Assembly: GCA_031414535.1 (NCBI GenBank)
Contig: JANNVQ010000045.1
Location: 1-64,000 of the forward strand
From: Gemmatimonas sp.
Lineage (GTDB): Bacteria > Gemmatimonadota > Gemmatimonadetes > Gemmatimonadales > Gemmatimonadaceae
DNA: 64,000 bases
Direction: 5' to 3'
Shown piece after piece: positions 1 through 9,427 of the stretch (the stretch's first letter is position 1; each line of letters opens with the position of its first letter). Made by a program: the position numbers and the translations under genes. Under the pieces are notes generated by a model. It ran no database searches. It was not told where the DNA came from and saw only the letters and a program-made list of their open reading frames with translations.

Positions 1-17
1 GACGGACGCTGAAAGCG

Positions 18-56
18 ACTGCGGGGCGAACCGATCGCTCGGCCGCCCCGCAGTTT
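18..56. terminator. Intrinsic terminator-like hairpin downstream of gltA
   Basis: ACTGCGGGGCG (18-28) pairs with CGCCCCGCAGT (44-54); short T run on +; lies 3' of the gltA stop. Confidence 0.65.
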
Positions 57-80
57 GCATCCGTCATCCGTCTTCCGTCC
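57..80. repeat. Heptamer array (GACGGAW family), locus 1
   Basis: GCATCCGTCATCCGTCTTCCGTCC, 5 nt past the gltA stop; 57-85 is identical to 8048-8076; GACGGACG at 1-8 may be the truncated partner arm. Confidence 0.85.
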
Positions 81-85
81 AGTTC

Positions 86-1426
86 TTACTTGAGCACCTT
101 ATGCGACAGGTTGATTCCCTTGCCCGGATAATCCCGCGTCGTATACCCGGTATAAATCTGCCGCGGCCGCGCAATCTTCTGCTCCTTGTCGAGCAGCATC
201 TCTTCCCACTGCGACATCCACCCAGCCGTACGCGCAATCGCGAATAGCACCGTGAAGTAGTCCGTGGGGAAGTGCATCGCGCGGTAAATCAGACCCGTGT
301 AGAAGTCTACGTTCGGGTAGAGCTTGCGCGAGATGAAGTACTCGTCGCTGAGCGCAATGCGCTCGAGCTCCAGTGCGATCTCCATGTCCTTCGACATGCC
401 AGCGACCTTGAGGACGTCGTCGCAGAGGCCCTTCACGATGCGGGCGCGCGGGTCGTAGCTCTTGTAGACGCGGTGACCGAAGCCCATCAGGCGCGAGGCG
501 CCCTTGCCGCTCTTCACGCTCTCGATGAAGGCCGGAATGTTCTTCACATCGCCAATCTCGTGTAGCATGCGCAGCACGGCTTCATTCGCGCCACCGTGCA
601 GCGGGCCGTACAGCGCGGCTACGCCAGCGGCGACCGCCGAGTAGGGATCCACGTGCGAGCTACCCACGGCGCGTACGGCGTTGGTGGAGCAGTTCTGCTC
701 GTGGTCAGCGTGCAGGATGAACAGGATATCAATGGCGCGGGCGTACACCGGATGCGCCTCGTACTTGGGCTCCGACATGCGCGCAATCATCGAGAGGAAG
801 TTCTCGGAGTACGATAGCGAGTTGTCGGGATACACATACGGCAGGCCCTTCACGTGACGATACGCGAACGCGGCCATCGTCGGCATCTTGGCGAGCAAGC
901 GGATGAACGCGATGTCGCGCTCACGTTCGTCGTAGATGTCCTTGGAGGTCGGGTAGAACGACGAGAGCGCCGCGACGCCGGCCGTCAGCATCGCCATCGG
1001 ATGGGCGTCGTAGCGAAAGCCCTCCATGAAGCGCTTGATGTTCTCGTGCACGTACGTGTGGTACGTGATGTGGTGCTGGAACTCGTCGTACTCGGCCTGC
1101 GTCGGCAACTCGCCCTTACGCAGTAGCCAGGCGACTTCGAGGAAGTTCGAGTGCTCGGCGAGCTGTTCGATGGGAAATCCGCGGTAGCGCAGGATGCCCT
1201 TGTCGCCGTCAATGAAGGTGATCGCCGAGCGGCATGACGCCGTGTTCATGAAGGCCGGGTCGTACCCCATGATGCCGAAGTCGTCGGCATTGACCTTGAT
1301 CTGCTTTAGATCGGCGGTGCGGATGGTCTCGTCAACAATCGGGGCGTAGTAAATCTTGCCCGTGCGCGAGTCTTTGATTTCGAGATGGTCGCCGGCAGGG
1401 GCGGCCGCGTTAGGAGTGCCTGCCAT
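86..1426 (-). CDS. gltA: Citrate synthase
   Basis: Motifs ILHADHEQNCST, GPLHGGANE, GFGHRVYKSYDPRA, YPNVDFY. Confidence 0.97.
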   Translation of the reverse strand: MAGTPNAAAPAGDHLEIKDSRTGKIYYAPIVDETIRTADLKQIKVNADDFGIMGYDPAFMNTASCRSAITFIDGDKGILRYRGFPIEQLAEHSNFLEVAWLLRKGELPTQAEYDEFQHHITYHTYVHENIKRFMEGFRYDAHPMAMLTAGVAALSSFYPTSKDIYDERERDIAFIRLLAKMPTMAAFAYRHVKGLPYVYPDNSLSYSENFLSMIARMSEPKYEAHPVYARAIDILFILHADHEQNCSTNAVRAVGSSHVDPYSAVAAGVAALYGPLHGGANEAVLRMLHEIGDVKNIPAFIESVKSGKGASRLMGFGHRVYKSYDPRARIVKGLCDDVLKVAGMSKDMEIALELERIALSDEYFISRKLYPNVDFYTGLIYRAMHFPTDYFTVLFAIARTAGWMSQWEEMLLDKEQKIARPRQIYTGYTTRDYPGKGINLSHKVLK

Positions 1427-1590
1427 TGTTCAGTTCCGGCTTGAGGTTTAACACCAACTGAGCCCTCGCATCGCTCGGACTCCGGGCGCGGACTCCGTTG
1501 TCGCGCCGCAGGAAATCTATCTCAGGAACCTGCCCAAATGGGTGGGCGGCCCGGACCTGTTTCCGTAACAGGCTGGCTTAAGTTCGTATC

Positions 1591-2382
1591 ATGGAATCCC
1601 CCGCCTTTCTCATCACTGTGGCCCTGGCGGCGGGGCTCGGCGCGATGATGAACGCCGTGGCAGGCGGGGGTACTCTGATCACCTTTCCGGCGCTTGTGGC
1701 GCTGGGGATTCCTCCCATCCAGGCCAACGCCACCTCCACCGTGGCGCTCTGGCCGGGGACCATGCTCTCCATGTGGGGCTACCGGAAAGAACTCGTCGGG
1801 GCACGCCGCTGGGCGATGGCTTTTGCGGTGCCATCCTTTGCCGGCGGAATCGTGGGCGCGCTGCTGCTGCTCCAGACTCCCGAGAAGCGCTTCGCCGCGC
1901 TCGTGCCCTGGCTGATTCTTGGCGCCACGGCCTTGTTCATCGCGCAGCGGCCGTTGATGGGGCTGCTCGCTGAGCGGGGGGGACTGAAGCGCGAAATCTC
2001 GGGGGCGGATGGGCACCTGCTCCCGCCGACGGCCACGTTTCTCGTCTATCAGTTTGGCGTGAGCATTTATGGCGGCTACTTCGGCGCGGGTGCAGGCATC
2101 TTGATGCTCGCCGCTTTGGGCCTGATGGGCCTGACGAACATTCATCAGATGAATGGCCTCAAGAACTGGGGCGGCGGCGTGATGAATCTCGTGGCCGTGG
2201 TCATCTTCTCCATCTCTGGCGTGGTCAACTGGCCGGTGGCGCTGGCGATGGCCGTGGGGGCCGCGCTCGGCGGCCTAGGCGGATCCTTGCTGGCGCAGCG
2301 TGTGGGTCAGGCGTGGGTACGCCGTGCCATCGTGACGATTGGCCTGGGCTCCGGGCTCGCGATGCTGTTTGGGCTCATCTAG
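1591..2382 (+). CDS. TauE/SafE (TSUP) family membrane protein
   Basis: NAVAGGGTLITFP and YGGYFGAGAG motifs; multiple TM helices. Confidence 0.9.
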   Translation: MESPAFLITVALAAGLGAMMNAVAGGGTLITFPALVALGIPPIQANATSTVALWPGTMLSMWGYRKELVGARRWAMAFAVPSFAGGIVGALLLLQTPEKRFAALVPWLILGATALFIAQRPLMGLLAERGGLKREISGADGHLLPPTATFLVYQFGVSIYGGYFGAGAGILMLAALGLMGLTNIHQMNGLKNWGGGVMNLVAVVIFSISGVVNWPVALAMAVGAALGGLGGSLLAQRVGQAWVRRAIVTIGLGSGLAMLFGLI

Positions 2383-2404
2383 CCGATTCGCCGCAAGCAT
2401 CTTC

Positions 2405-5308
2405 CTAGAGGAAGGGTTGGTAGCGCGGCTTCCACAAGCGGTCGTAGGTGATTCCAACGCGCAACTGGCTCGCCATCCCCGGCGCGAGACTTCCGGCCAC
2501 CTTCCCCTTGAAGAACATCAAGTCGGCGGAAACGGCCAGCGACAATTCGTCCACAAGGGGCACGACCACCTCGTGAATTTGGTTGTAGCGAAGTGCCAGA
2601 TTCGCATCGGTGTCGCGCGAGGCTGGAAAGAAATACGTCAGGTCGTTCACCAAGCGATAGCGTACGCGCCCGAAGTCCCGAGCCCCCGCCGCCCCGCCAA
2701 TCTGCCGCTCGTAGTCGCCTCGCGCCTGCACGCCGATCTGGGGATTGGGTCGCCCGTAATCGTTCTCCACGACAGCCGCGAGTTCCGTGCGCGGCCAACT
2801 ATCGGTTGGCGTGAGGAGGAGCCCCAAAATCCCGCGCAGCGAAAGCTGACGAGGATTCGGCAGTGCGGTGGCGGTGTTCTTCGTGGGACTGAACTCGGTA
2901 TCGAACAATGTGCGCACGAAGGGCTGGACGCGGCGCTCCTGCCACGCGCTCGACGGACGCAAGGTCAAGTCAATGCGGATGTCGTCCGCGGTCTCGACGA
3001 CGCGGTTGCTGCCCCCCGAAGTGAAATGCTGCTCGGCGAACGCGAGTCCAATGCCGAGGTCAGTCGCGACTCGGGCGCGGTCCTGAGACACGACAAAGCG
3101 TCCGCTCGCCCCAGCTACCCAGGCATTGTCGCCGACGATGCGGCTCTCGGGCACGTTCTCGTACCCTGTTCGCGTGGACACGGTATTCGTGGAAATCCAC
3201 AGCGTCGGGCGCTGGAAGATGAACGAGAAGAGCGGCTCGTATGGGGAATCTGGCGCGAGCATCGCGGCAATCGAATCCAGCTGCGCGGTTCCGCGCGCAA
3301 CGCTCCGCACCCTCCGCAACTCCGCAAGAACCCACGGCTTGATGGCCAATGCTTCACCACCGCGCGCTTTCGCCTCGAGCACCCCGCCTGCCCCAATCTC
3401 GAAATGCCGTCGGACCCGTCGCGCTCTCTTGAAGAATCGCGAACGAGCCCCTTCGTACAGCACGTCACTTGTCGCCACCCTATAAAAGGTGGCGCCATCG
3501 ATCTGGCGGCCGTTGATGGATGCAGCGGCGAAGTCAATGCCGCTGGTGGCAAGCTCGCCGCCCACATCGTCGCGCAAGAGGGCGAGCAGATCACTTCCCG
3601 GTAGATCCACGATGATGATCTCGTCCTCGGTCCACAGCCACTGACCGATCTCATTCTCGTGCAGCTTGCCGATGAGCGGTGGAAACTGATCGAGACGGCG
3701 AATCACCGCCGCCTCGGCACGGCCGCGCTGACGCAGCAGCCGTGCAAGGAAAGCCTCCCACATCGGCTTTGAAACCCGTCCCTGCGCGGTGACGGCATCA
3801 AAGTCCCGGAGCGCGGGACGTCGCTCCGCGAGATCGACGAAGGCTGGGAACATGAGCTCGCCTCGTGGCACTCGGTCTACGCTCACCAGACCCCGCAAGC
3901 GCCGGACGAAGGCCGTATCACTCGGCGTGTCATCGGTGACCATAGACAGCCGATGTTCAACCGCCGAGAGGAAGGCAGGTCCGCCAGTTGGTGGCGCGCG
4001 GAACTCCATATCCAATCGCCCGACGCCGATTCCGTTCGCGGCGCTGCGCGCGACGATTGCCGGCGAGCTCGGTCGCACGAAGGGACGGCTAGGAAGCTCC
4101 ACCCGCACGCGCCGATCTTCTGGCGCCGTGGCTGAGGGGAGGTCGGCGACGATGGCATCAATGCCCGGTACCTCCTCGGCGACCAGCGCGTTCTCGGATC
4201 CCGACATGTTGGAGAGGACCACGATTGCCGTCGCACCCTCCGCTTGGAGCGCGGCAACCTCTCGCCTCGCCGCCACTACTGGAGACTCGAAGGTGAATCC
4301 AGCCAGCGCGCTACGCGGCAGACGATCACGCACGGCGCGACCGACGAGGCCAAGGAACCCGATGCGCACGCTTCCTCGCTCGACGATGAGGCGCGTCCTG
4401 AACAGCGATGAATCCAGCGTCGCGACATTCGCAGCGAGCAGCGCAATCTCCGGAAAGGCCGTGGTCAGTTCAGCAAGGCCTGCGGCGCCGAGCCCCAGCT
4501 CGAATTCAAACGGCACGAGCATGGAGTATCCCAGTTCGCGGAGTGCGGTGAAGTCGAGACGGGCGCGGCTTGCACGCCCGAGTCCCACATCCGCGTTCTG
4601 ATGACCGAGGTCCACGGTGATGACATGGGAGGCTGGCCCGGCATCGTCAGCACGTAGTCGTGCGAGCAATGTGGCGCGGGGGCCGAGCTCACCGAGGTTG
4701 AGGGGAAGCTCAAAGAGCCGCGAGTCGAGGAGATCGAGGCGGTTCATCTCTCCGGTCGTAAATCCCGAAGTATCGAGCGGCCACACCGCGCCGGGCCGCT
4801 CGATGATGATGGCTCGGTCACCGCGAGCGGTCCGCAACCGCGATGCCCGCACGGTGGTGTGCACGAGATCGCCGAAGTCGCGCTGGCGACGGGGGTTGCG
4901 CTCGATCATCGCCAAGAGATCGGGCTGCGGGCGCCACGGATCCTGAATCAAGAGCACGTTGGCCGAGATCATGGCCGGCACCCGCGCGAGTTCCTCAGCC
5001 TGCGCCCGCTGGGCAATAATCTCCGCGAGTTCGTCTCCAAGCGGCTCTTCCGAGGGCAGGAAGATCACGATGCCAGGAGCGCGCCAAGCCAGATGCGATA
5101 CGAGCTTGAAGGGAACTGAGTCCGCGACGGCGACCTCGGCGAGCAACTCGTGCTCGTCTTGCGCACGCCGTGCCCCCATCGCGCCCAGCGAACGAGCCGT
5201 GTAGACGACCGAGACGCGGCTGGGTGGCGACTGTGCGCCGAGTCCCGAGCCGAGCTGAGCCAGCAGGAGGAGAAGGAGTCCGAGGCCGTTCACGTACCGG
5301 ATTGCCAT
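2405..5308 (-). CDS. Exported protein: degenerate 5'-nucleotidase (metallophosphoesterase plus C-terminal domain) fused to a probable outer-membrane beta-barrel
   Basis: Start trimmed to signal peptide MAIRYVNGLGLLLLLLAQ; UshA-like segments ALLAANV, VRIGFLGL, EVPGIDAIV, INGRQIDGATFYRVATSD; amphipathic beta-strand C-terminus. Confidence 0.7.
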   Translation of the reverse strand: MAIRYVNGLGLLLLLLAQLGSGLGAQSPPSRVSVVYTARSLGAMGARRAQDEHELLAEVAVADSVPFKLVSHLAWRAPGIVIFLPSEEPLGDELAEIIAQRAQAEELARVPAMISANVLLIQDPWRPQPDLLAMIERNPRRQRDFGDLVHTTVRASRLRTARGDRAIIIERPGAVWPLDTSGFTTGEMNRLDLLDSRLFELPLNLGELGPRATLLARLRADDAGPASHVITVDLGHQNADVGLGRASRARLDFTALRELGYSMLVPFEFELGLGAAGLAELTTAFPEIALLAANVATLDSSLFRTRLIVERGSVRIGFLGLVGRAVRDRLPRSALAGFTFESPVVAARREVAALQAEGATAIVVLSNMSGSENALVAEEVPGIDAIVADLPSATAPEDRRVRVELPSRPFVRPSSPAIVARSAANGIGVGRLDMEFRAPPTGGPAFLSAVEHRLSMVTDDTPSDTAFVRRLRGLVSVDRVPRGELMFPAFVDLAERRPALRDFDAVTAQGRVSKPMWEAFLARLLRQRGRAEAAVIRRLDQFPPLIGKLHENEIGQWLWTEDEIIIVDLPGSDLLALLRDDVGGELATSGIDFAAASINGRQIDGATFYRVATSDVLYEGARSRFFKRARRVRRHFEIGAGGVLEAKARGGEALAIKPWVLAELRRVRSVARGTAQLDSIAAMLAPDSPYEPLFSFIFQRPTLWISTNTVSTRTGYENVPESRIVGDNAWVAGASGRFVVSQDRARVATDLGIGLAFAEQHFTSGGSNRVVETADDIRIDLTLRPSSAWQERRVQPFVRTLFDTEFSPTKNTATALPNPRQLSLRGILGLLLTPTDSWPRTELAAVVENDYGRPNPQIGVQARGDYERQIGGAAGARDFGRVRYRLVNDLTYFFPASRDTDANLALRYNQIHEVVVPLVDELSLAVSADLMFFKGKVAGSLAPGMASQLRVGITYDRLWKPRYQPFL

Positions 5309-5424
5309 GCACAAGAATGCAGGTTTCGCCTCAAATCCGCGATGCGCGTGATTGAGGGTGGCCAACCAGCGGTAGCAGCAAGCACCGAGTCGCCTTTTGG
5401 CGGGCAAACGGGCAATCATTCCGT

Positions 5425-6894
5425 ATGACAGATTCGCCCGACAGCCCCGCCCCGCTCGACCCATCCGACTGGGAAGCCTATCGCGCCCTCGCCCACCGGA
5501 TGCTCGATGAGTCACTCGATCATCTGCGCGGCGTGCGCACGCGTCCCACGTGGACGCCAACGCCTGACGCAGTACGCGCCGAGATCAAGAACGAATCACT
5601 CCCGCGCCAAGGAATGGGCGACACCGCGGCCTACGATGACTTCGTGCGCCTTGTGCGCCCGTATCCCAACGGCAACATCGGCCCGCGTTTCTGGGGTTGG
5701 GTCATGGGCACCGGTACGCCGCAGGCGGCGATGGCGGACTTTCTCTCCTCGGTGATCAACCCGCAGATGGGCGGCCTCGACCACGCGCCCGTATACGTGG
5801 AGCAGCAGGTCATCCGCTGGTACTGCGAATTGATGGGATTCCCCGCGAGCGCTGGTGGCATTCTGATTAGCGGCGGAACGATGGCCAACGTGCTCGGCCT
5901 CGCCGTCGCGCGTCGGCAGCGCGCCGGCTGGGACGTGCGCGTGAAGGGGGCCTACGGTGGTCCGCCGCTGCGCGTGTATGCCAGCCAAGAAGTACACAGT
6001 TGGCTCAAGAAGACCTGCGACTTCCTCGGGCTCGGCGAAGAAGCCTTCCGCAAAGTGCCCGTGCACGACGACTACACGGTGAACGTTGCGGCAATGGAGC
6101 AAATGATTCACGAAGATCGCGCCGCCGGCTTGCAACCATTCTGCGTGATTGGCACCGCCGGAACCGTGCAAACCGGCGCGAGCGACGACTTCAACGCGCT
6201 CGCTGATCTCGCCGCACGCGAGAAGCTCTGGTTCCACGTGGATGGCGCATTCGGTGCCATGGCGAAGCTCGCACAGATTCCTGAGGCGCAGGCGGCGGTA
6301 AGTGGAATGGACCGCGCGGATTCCGTCGCGTTCGACCTACACAAGTGGGGCTATCTGCCCTTCGACGTCGCAATGCTCATCACGCGCGAGGACAAGCACC
6401 TCACGGAGACCTTCGCGAACCAAGCGCCCTACCTCACCTCGATGCCTGGCGGGCTCAACGCCAGCGGTAGCGTCTACTTCAACGACCGTGGCATTGAGCT
6501 CACACGCGGCTTCCGCGCGCTCAAAGTTTGGATGACGATGCGCGCCCAGGGCACGGATCTCCTCGGCGCACACATCGCGCGAAACATCAAACAGGCGCAG
6601 TATCTCGCGGGTATCGTCGCGAAGGAGCCTCAGCTCGAACTGCTGGCTCCAGTGCCGCTCAACTTGGTGAACTTCCGGTACAAGGCGGCGGGCCTGGATA
6701 CCGATGCGCTGAACGCGTTAAACAGAAACATCCTCGTGCGTCTGCAGGAGGATGGAATTGCGGTGCCGAGCGGTACGGTGATTCGTGGACAGTTTGCGAT
6801 TCGTGTCGCCATCACGAATCATCGGTCGGAGCAGAGTGACTTTGACGCGCTGGTGGCTGGCGTCCTCGACCTCGGACGCCAGCTGACCAAGTAG
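5425..6894 (+). CDS. Group II PLP-dependent (aromatic L-amino acid type) decarboxylase
   Basis: SGGTMAN, HVDGAFG, DLHKW (PLP lysine), RGFRALKVW. Confidence 0.92.
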   Translation: MTDSPDSPAPLDPSDWEAYRALAHRMLDESLDHLRGVRTRPTWTPTPDAVRAEIKNESLPRQGMGDTAAYDDFVRLVRPYPNGNIGPRFWGWVMGTGTPQAAMADFLSSVINPQMGGLDHAPVYVEQQVIRWYCELMGFPASAGGILISGGTMANVLGLAVARRQRAGWDVRVKGAYGGPPLRVYASQEVHSWLKKTCDFLGLGEEAFRKVPVHDDYTVNVAAMEQMIHEDRAAGLQPFCVIGTAGTVQTGASDDFNALADLAAREKLWFHVDGAFGAMAKLAQIPEAQAAVSGMDRADSVAFDLHKWGYLPFDVAMLITREDKHLTETFANQAPYLTSMPGGLNASGSVYFNDRGIELTRGFRALKVWMTMRAQGTDLLGAHIARNIKQAQYLAGIVAKEPQLELLAPVPLNLVNFRYKAAGLDTDALNALNRNILVRLQEDGIAVPSGTVIRGQFAIRVAITNHRSEQSDFDALVAGVLDLGRQLTK

Positions 6895-6901
6895 CCGCAG
6901 T

Positions 6902-7414
6902 CTAGAACTTGAAGCCGATGCCGAGCGCGAACCAGCTGTACTGGGGACCGCTCAAGCTCGACGTGTACGACAGCGTGGCTTCAAGATTCGGAATTCCGAA
7001 CGAAACCACCGGCACGAGCCCGAGCTTGTCCGCTTCCGTGATAAAGGCGCCTTCGAGACCGACGTCCAGTCCCGGAATCAACGTAAGATGCGGTCCGAAC
7101 TGAAGCGTGATGATGTCGAGGTCGTCGAAGAGGCTGGACTTGGGCGCGAAGCGCGTCCAGGTCGCGGCACCCATCAGCGACAAACGACCGACGCCCATCG
7201 GCGCGCCGATGCGGGTGTAAAGGCCAAACCCGTTGTCGTAGCCATTACCGAGGCTGTTGGTCGGCTCGGCGGTCTGGACGCCGATGCGGATGTCCATGCC
7301 TGGCATCTGGGCCTGAAGAGGCTGCGCGAGCAGCAAGAGGGCGACGACGGTCGCGGAGAGAGCTTGCGTGGCTCGCGTGCCGAGCTTCGCTGAGGTGCTG
7401 ATGTGGTTTTCCAT
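6902..7414 (-). CDS. Hypothetical exported protein, probable small outer-membrane beta-barrel
   Basis: Signal peptide ending LQA-Q, alternating beta-strand pattern, C-terminal LGIGFKF. Confidence 0.65.
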   Translation of the reverse strand: MENHISTSAKLGTRATQALSATVVALLLLAQPLQAQMPGMDIRIGVQTAEPTNSLGNGYDNGFGLYTRIGAPMGVGRLSLMGAATWTRFAPKSSLFDDLDIITLQFGPHLTLIPGLDVGLEGAFITEADKLGLVPVVSFGIPNLEATLSYTSSLSGPQYSWFALGIGFKF

Positions 7415-7497
7415 GCACGGATGTTACGCCGCGTCTGGAATGAGTTGGTATCGCTCGTTCGGGTGAGAAAGGATGGGTGTGGGGGACTACTACAGGC

Positions 7498-7968
7498 TCA
7501 GGGCTCGACGCCCGCGTGCTCGCACACGATTGCCCATTCCTTGGCGCTCACCGGCTGCACGCTCAGGCGCGAACCTTTCTGCAACAACACCATCTTTTCG
7601 AGGCCCTTGAGCTTCTTGAGCTCGGCCAGGCTGATCACCTGCGGCATCGCGCGCACCGCCTTCACATCCACCATGTACCAGGTGGGCTTGTCGGCGTCCG
7701 ACTTCTCATCGAAGTGCTCATGCCCTTTCTCGAAGGCAGTCCAGTCGGGATAGCCTTCCTTCGCCACTTCGCACACGCCGGCGATTCCACTCGGATCGGC
7801 ATTGGAGTGATAGAAGAAACAGCGGTCGCCCTTCTTCATTGAGTCGCGCAGCGTGTTGCGCGCCTGGTAGTTGCGCACGCCGTCCCAATAGGTGGTCTTC
7901 TTGGGGGACTTTTCGAGATCGGCGTAGGAGCACATCTCGGGCTCAGACTTGAGTAACCAGTAATTCAC
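7498..7968 (-). CDS. EVE domain protein
   Basis: YWLLKSEP, WDGVRNYQARN, FFYHS, RLSVQPV. Confidence 0.93.
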   Translation of the reverse strand: MNYWLLKSEPEMCSYADLEKSPKKTTYWDGVRNYQARNTLRDSMKKGDRCFFYHSNADPSGIAGVCEVAKEGYPDWTAFEKGHEHFDEKSDADKPTWYMVDVKAVRAMPQVISLAELKKLKGLEKMVLLQKGSRLSVQPVSAKEWAIVCEHAGVEP

Positions 7969-8005
7969 AGTTTAGAGCGTATTGAAAGAGTGGTGGTTGA
8001 TTCTT

Positions 8006-8071
8006 GGACGGATGACGGATGCTGCACGGTTATCGCCGTAGCAGTTAGCATCCGTCATCCGTCTTCCGTCC
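8006..8071. repeat. Inverted pair of heptamer arrays, locus 2
   Basis: GGACGGATGACGGATGC (8006-8022) and GCATCCGTCATCCGTCTTCCGTCC (8048-8071). Confidence 0.9.
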
Positions 8072-8091
8072 AGTTCATAAACGCGCAACGT

Positions 8092-9402
8092 TCACGCGAT
8101 CCCGTGCCTGATTGCAGTCTTGACCGCATCCGCGAACGTATCAATCTCATCCAACGTCGTGTAAATACTCGGCGTGATCCGAATGCCCTTGAACTCCGGA
8201 TGCACGATTGGCGTGTTCACGATGCGGTACTTACTCAGCAGCCACCCGCCGAGCTGCGCGGGGTCGAGGCCTTCAACATTGAACATGCAGATGGCACCGG
8301 CCTTGTCTGGCCCAAGCTCGGTGAGAATCTGCACGCGAGGGCTCGCAGACTTGAGCGCGTTGGCCCAGCGGTCACGGAGATAGCGCAGACGCGCGACCTT
8401 TCGTTCCACGCCGACTCCGCGGTGGAACGTCAGCGCCGTGGAGACCGCATTGAAGTTGGCCTGCGGATGCGTACCAATCTGCTCGTACTTACGGATGTTG
8501 TCCGTCTGGTTCGCATCGGCGGCCATAAGCGGCCAGAGGCCGGGGATCTTGTCTTTGCGAACATAGAGGAACCCAGCTCCAATAGGGGCGTGCAACCACT
8601 TATGCAGCGAGGTGCCATAGTAGTCGCACTCAAGCTCGTCACGCGTAAATGGGAAGTGCGCGAAGGCGTGCGCACCGTCCACGAACACGGCAATTCCGCG
8701 CGGCCGCGCGAGGCGCACCACGTCACGAATTGGTAGGATCTGACCCGTGAGGTTGGTGATGTGCGGCAGCTCAATGGCCTTGGTGCGCGGCGTGATCTCG
8801 GCCTCGATGGCGCGCACGAGCACGCTCGGATCCATAAGCGGCACCGGGAAGGCCACCTGCTTCAGCACGATGCCGTCGCGGCGCACCCGCTGATCCCAAG
8901 TGGTGATCATGCGCCCGTAGTTCTGGTTGGTGATGATCACTTCGTCACCGCGACGCAAATCGAGCCCAAGAATCATCGTCTCCAGCGACTCCGAGGCGTT
9001 GCGCGTGACCGCCATCTCCTCGGTGTCGCAGCCAAACTCCTTGGCGAGCTCTCGGCGCGTGCTTTCCATCCGCGGCTCGAGGACGCGCCAGTTGTGCTCC
9101 ACCGGCAACTCGTTCACGAACTGCAAGTCGCGCACCATCTGCTGCAGCACGTGCGTGGGCGTGGGCGAGATTCCCCCGTTATTGAGGTTGATCATCGTCC
9201 GGTCCATGTCGAACGCGCGCTGGATCTGACTCCAGTACGTCTCGTCATCGGCCAGCGCGCTTGCGTTGCGTTCGCCGGCGATGAGTTCCGCATCAAACAG
9301 CCGCTTCATCGCGTGCTCGTTAAACACGGGGAGCGCGACGGCGGCGCCAGCGGTGGCGCTACTGAGTCCTGCAAGGAAGCTGCGGCGAGAAGTCAGGGGC
9401 AC
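8092..9402 (-). CDS. Tat-exported class V PLP aminotransferase-fold enzyme (isopenicillin N epimerase-like)
   Basis: SRRSFL Tat motif; NLNNGG, VDGAH, SLHKW. Confidence 0.85.
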   Translation of the reverse strand: MPLTSRRSFLAGLSSATAGAAVALPVFNEHAMKRLFDAELIAGERNASALADDETYWSQIQRAFDMDRTMINLNNGGISPTPTHVLQQMVRDLQFVNELPVEHNWRVLEPRMESTRRELAKEFGCDTEEMAVTRNASESLETMILGLDLRRGDEVIITNQNYGRMITTWDQRVRRDGIVLKQVAFPVPLMDPSVLVRAIEAEITPRTKAIELPHITNLTGQILPIRDVVRLARPRGIAVFVDGAHAFAHFPFTRDELECDYYGTSLHKWLHAPIGAGFLYVRKDKIPGLWPLMAADANQTDNIRKYEQIGTHPQANFNAVSTALTFHRGVGVERKVARLRYLRDRWANALKSASPRVQILTELGPDKAGAICMFNVEGLDPAQLGGWLLSKYRIVNTPIVHPEFKGIRITPSIYTTLDEIDTFADAVKTAIRHGIA

Positions 9403-9427
9403 CGCGATTCTCCGGTAGGGGGCAATC

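Noticed and set aside
2339..3604. 421-aa plus-strand ORF
   Set aside because: Antisense shadow of the nucleotidase-barrel gene.
7498..7968. EVE protein as part of a modification-dependent defence system
   Set aside because: Stand-alone gene with no nuclease, ATPase or toxin partner nearby.
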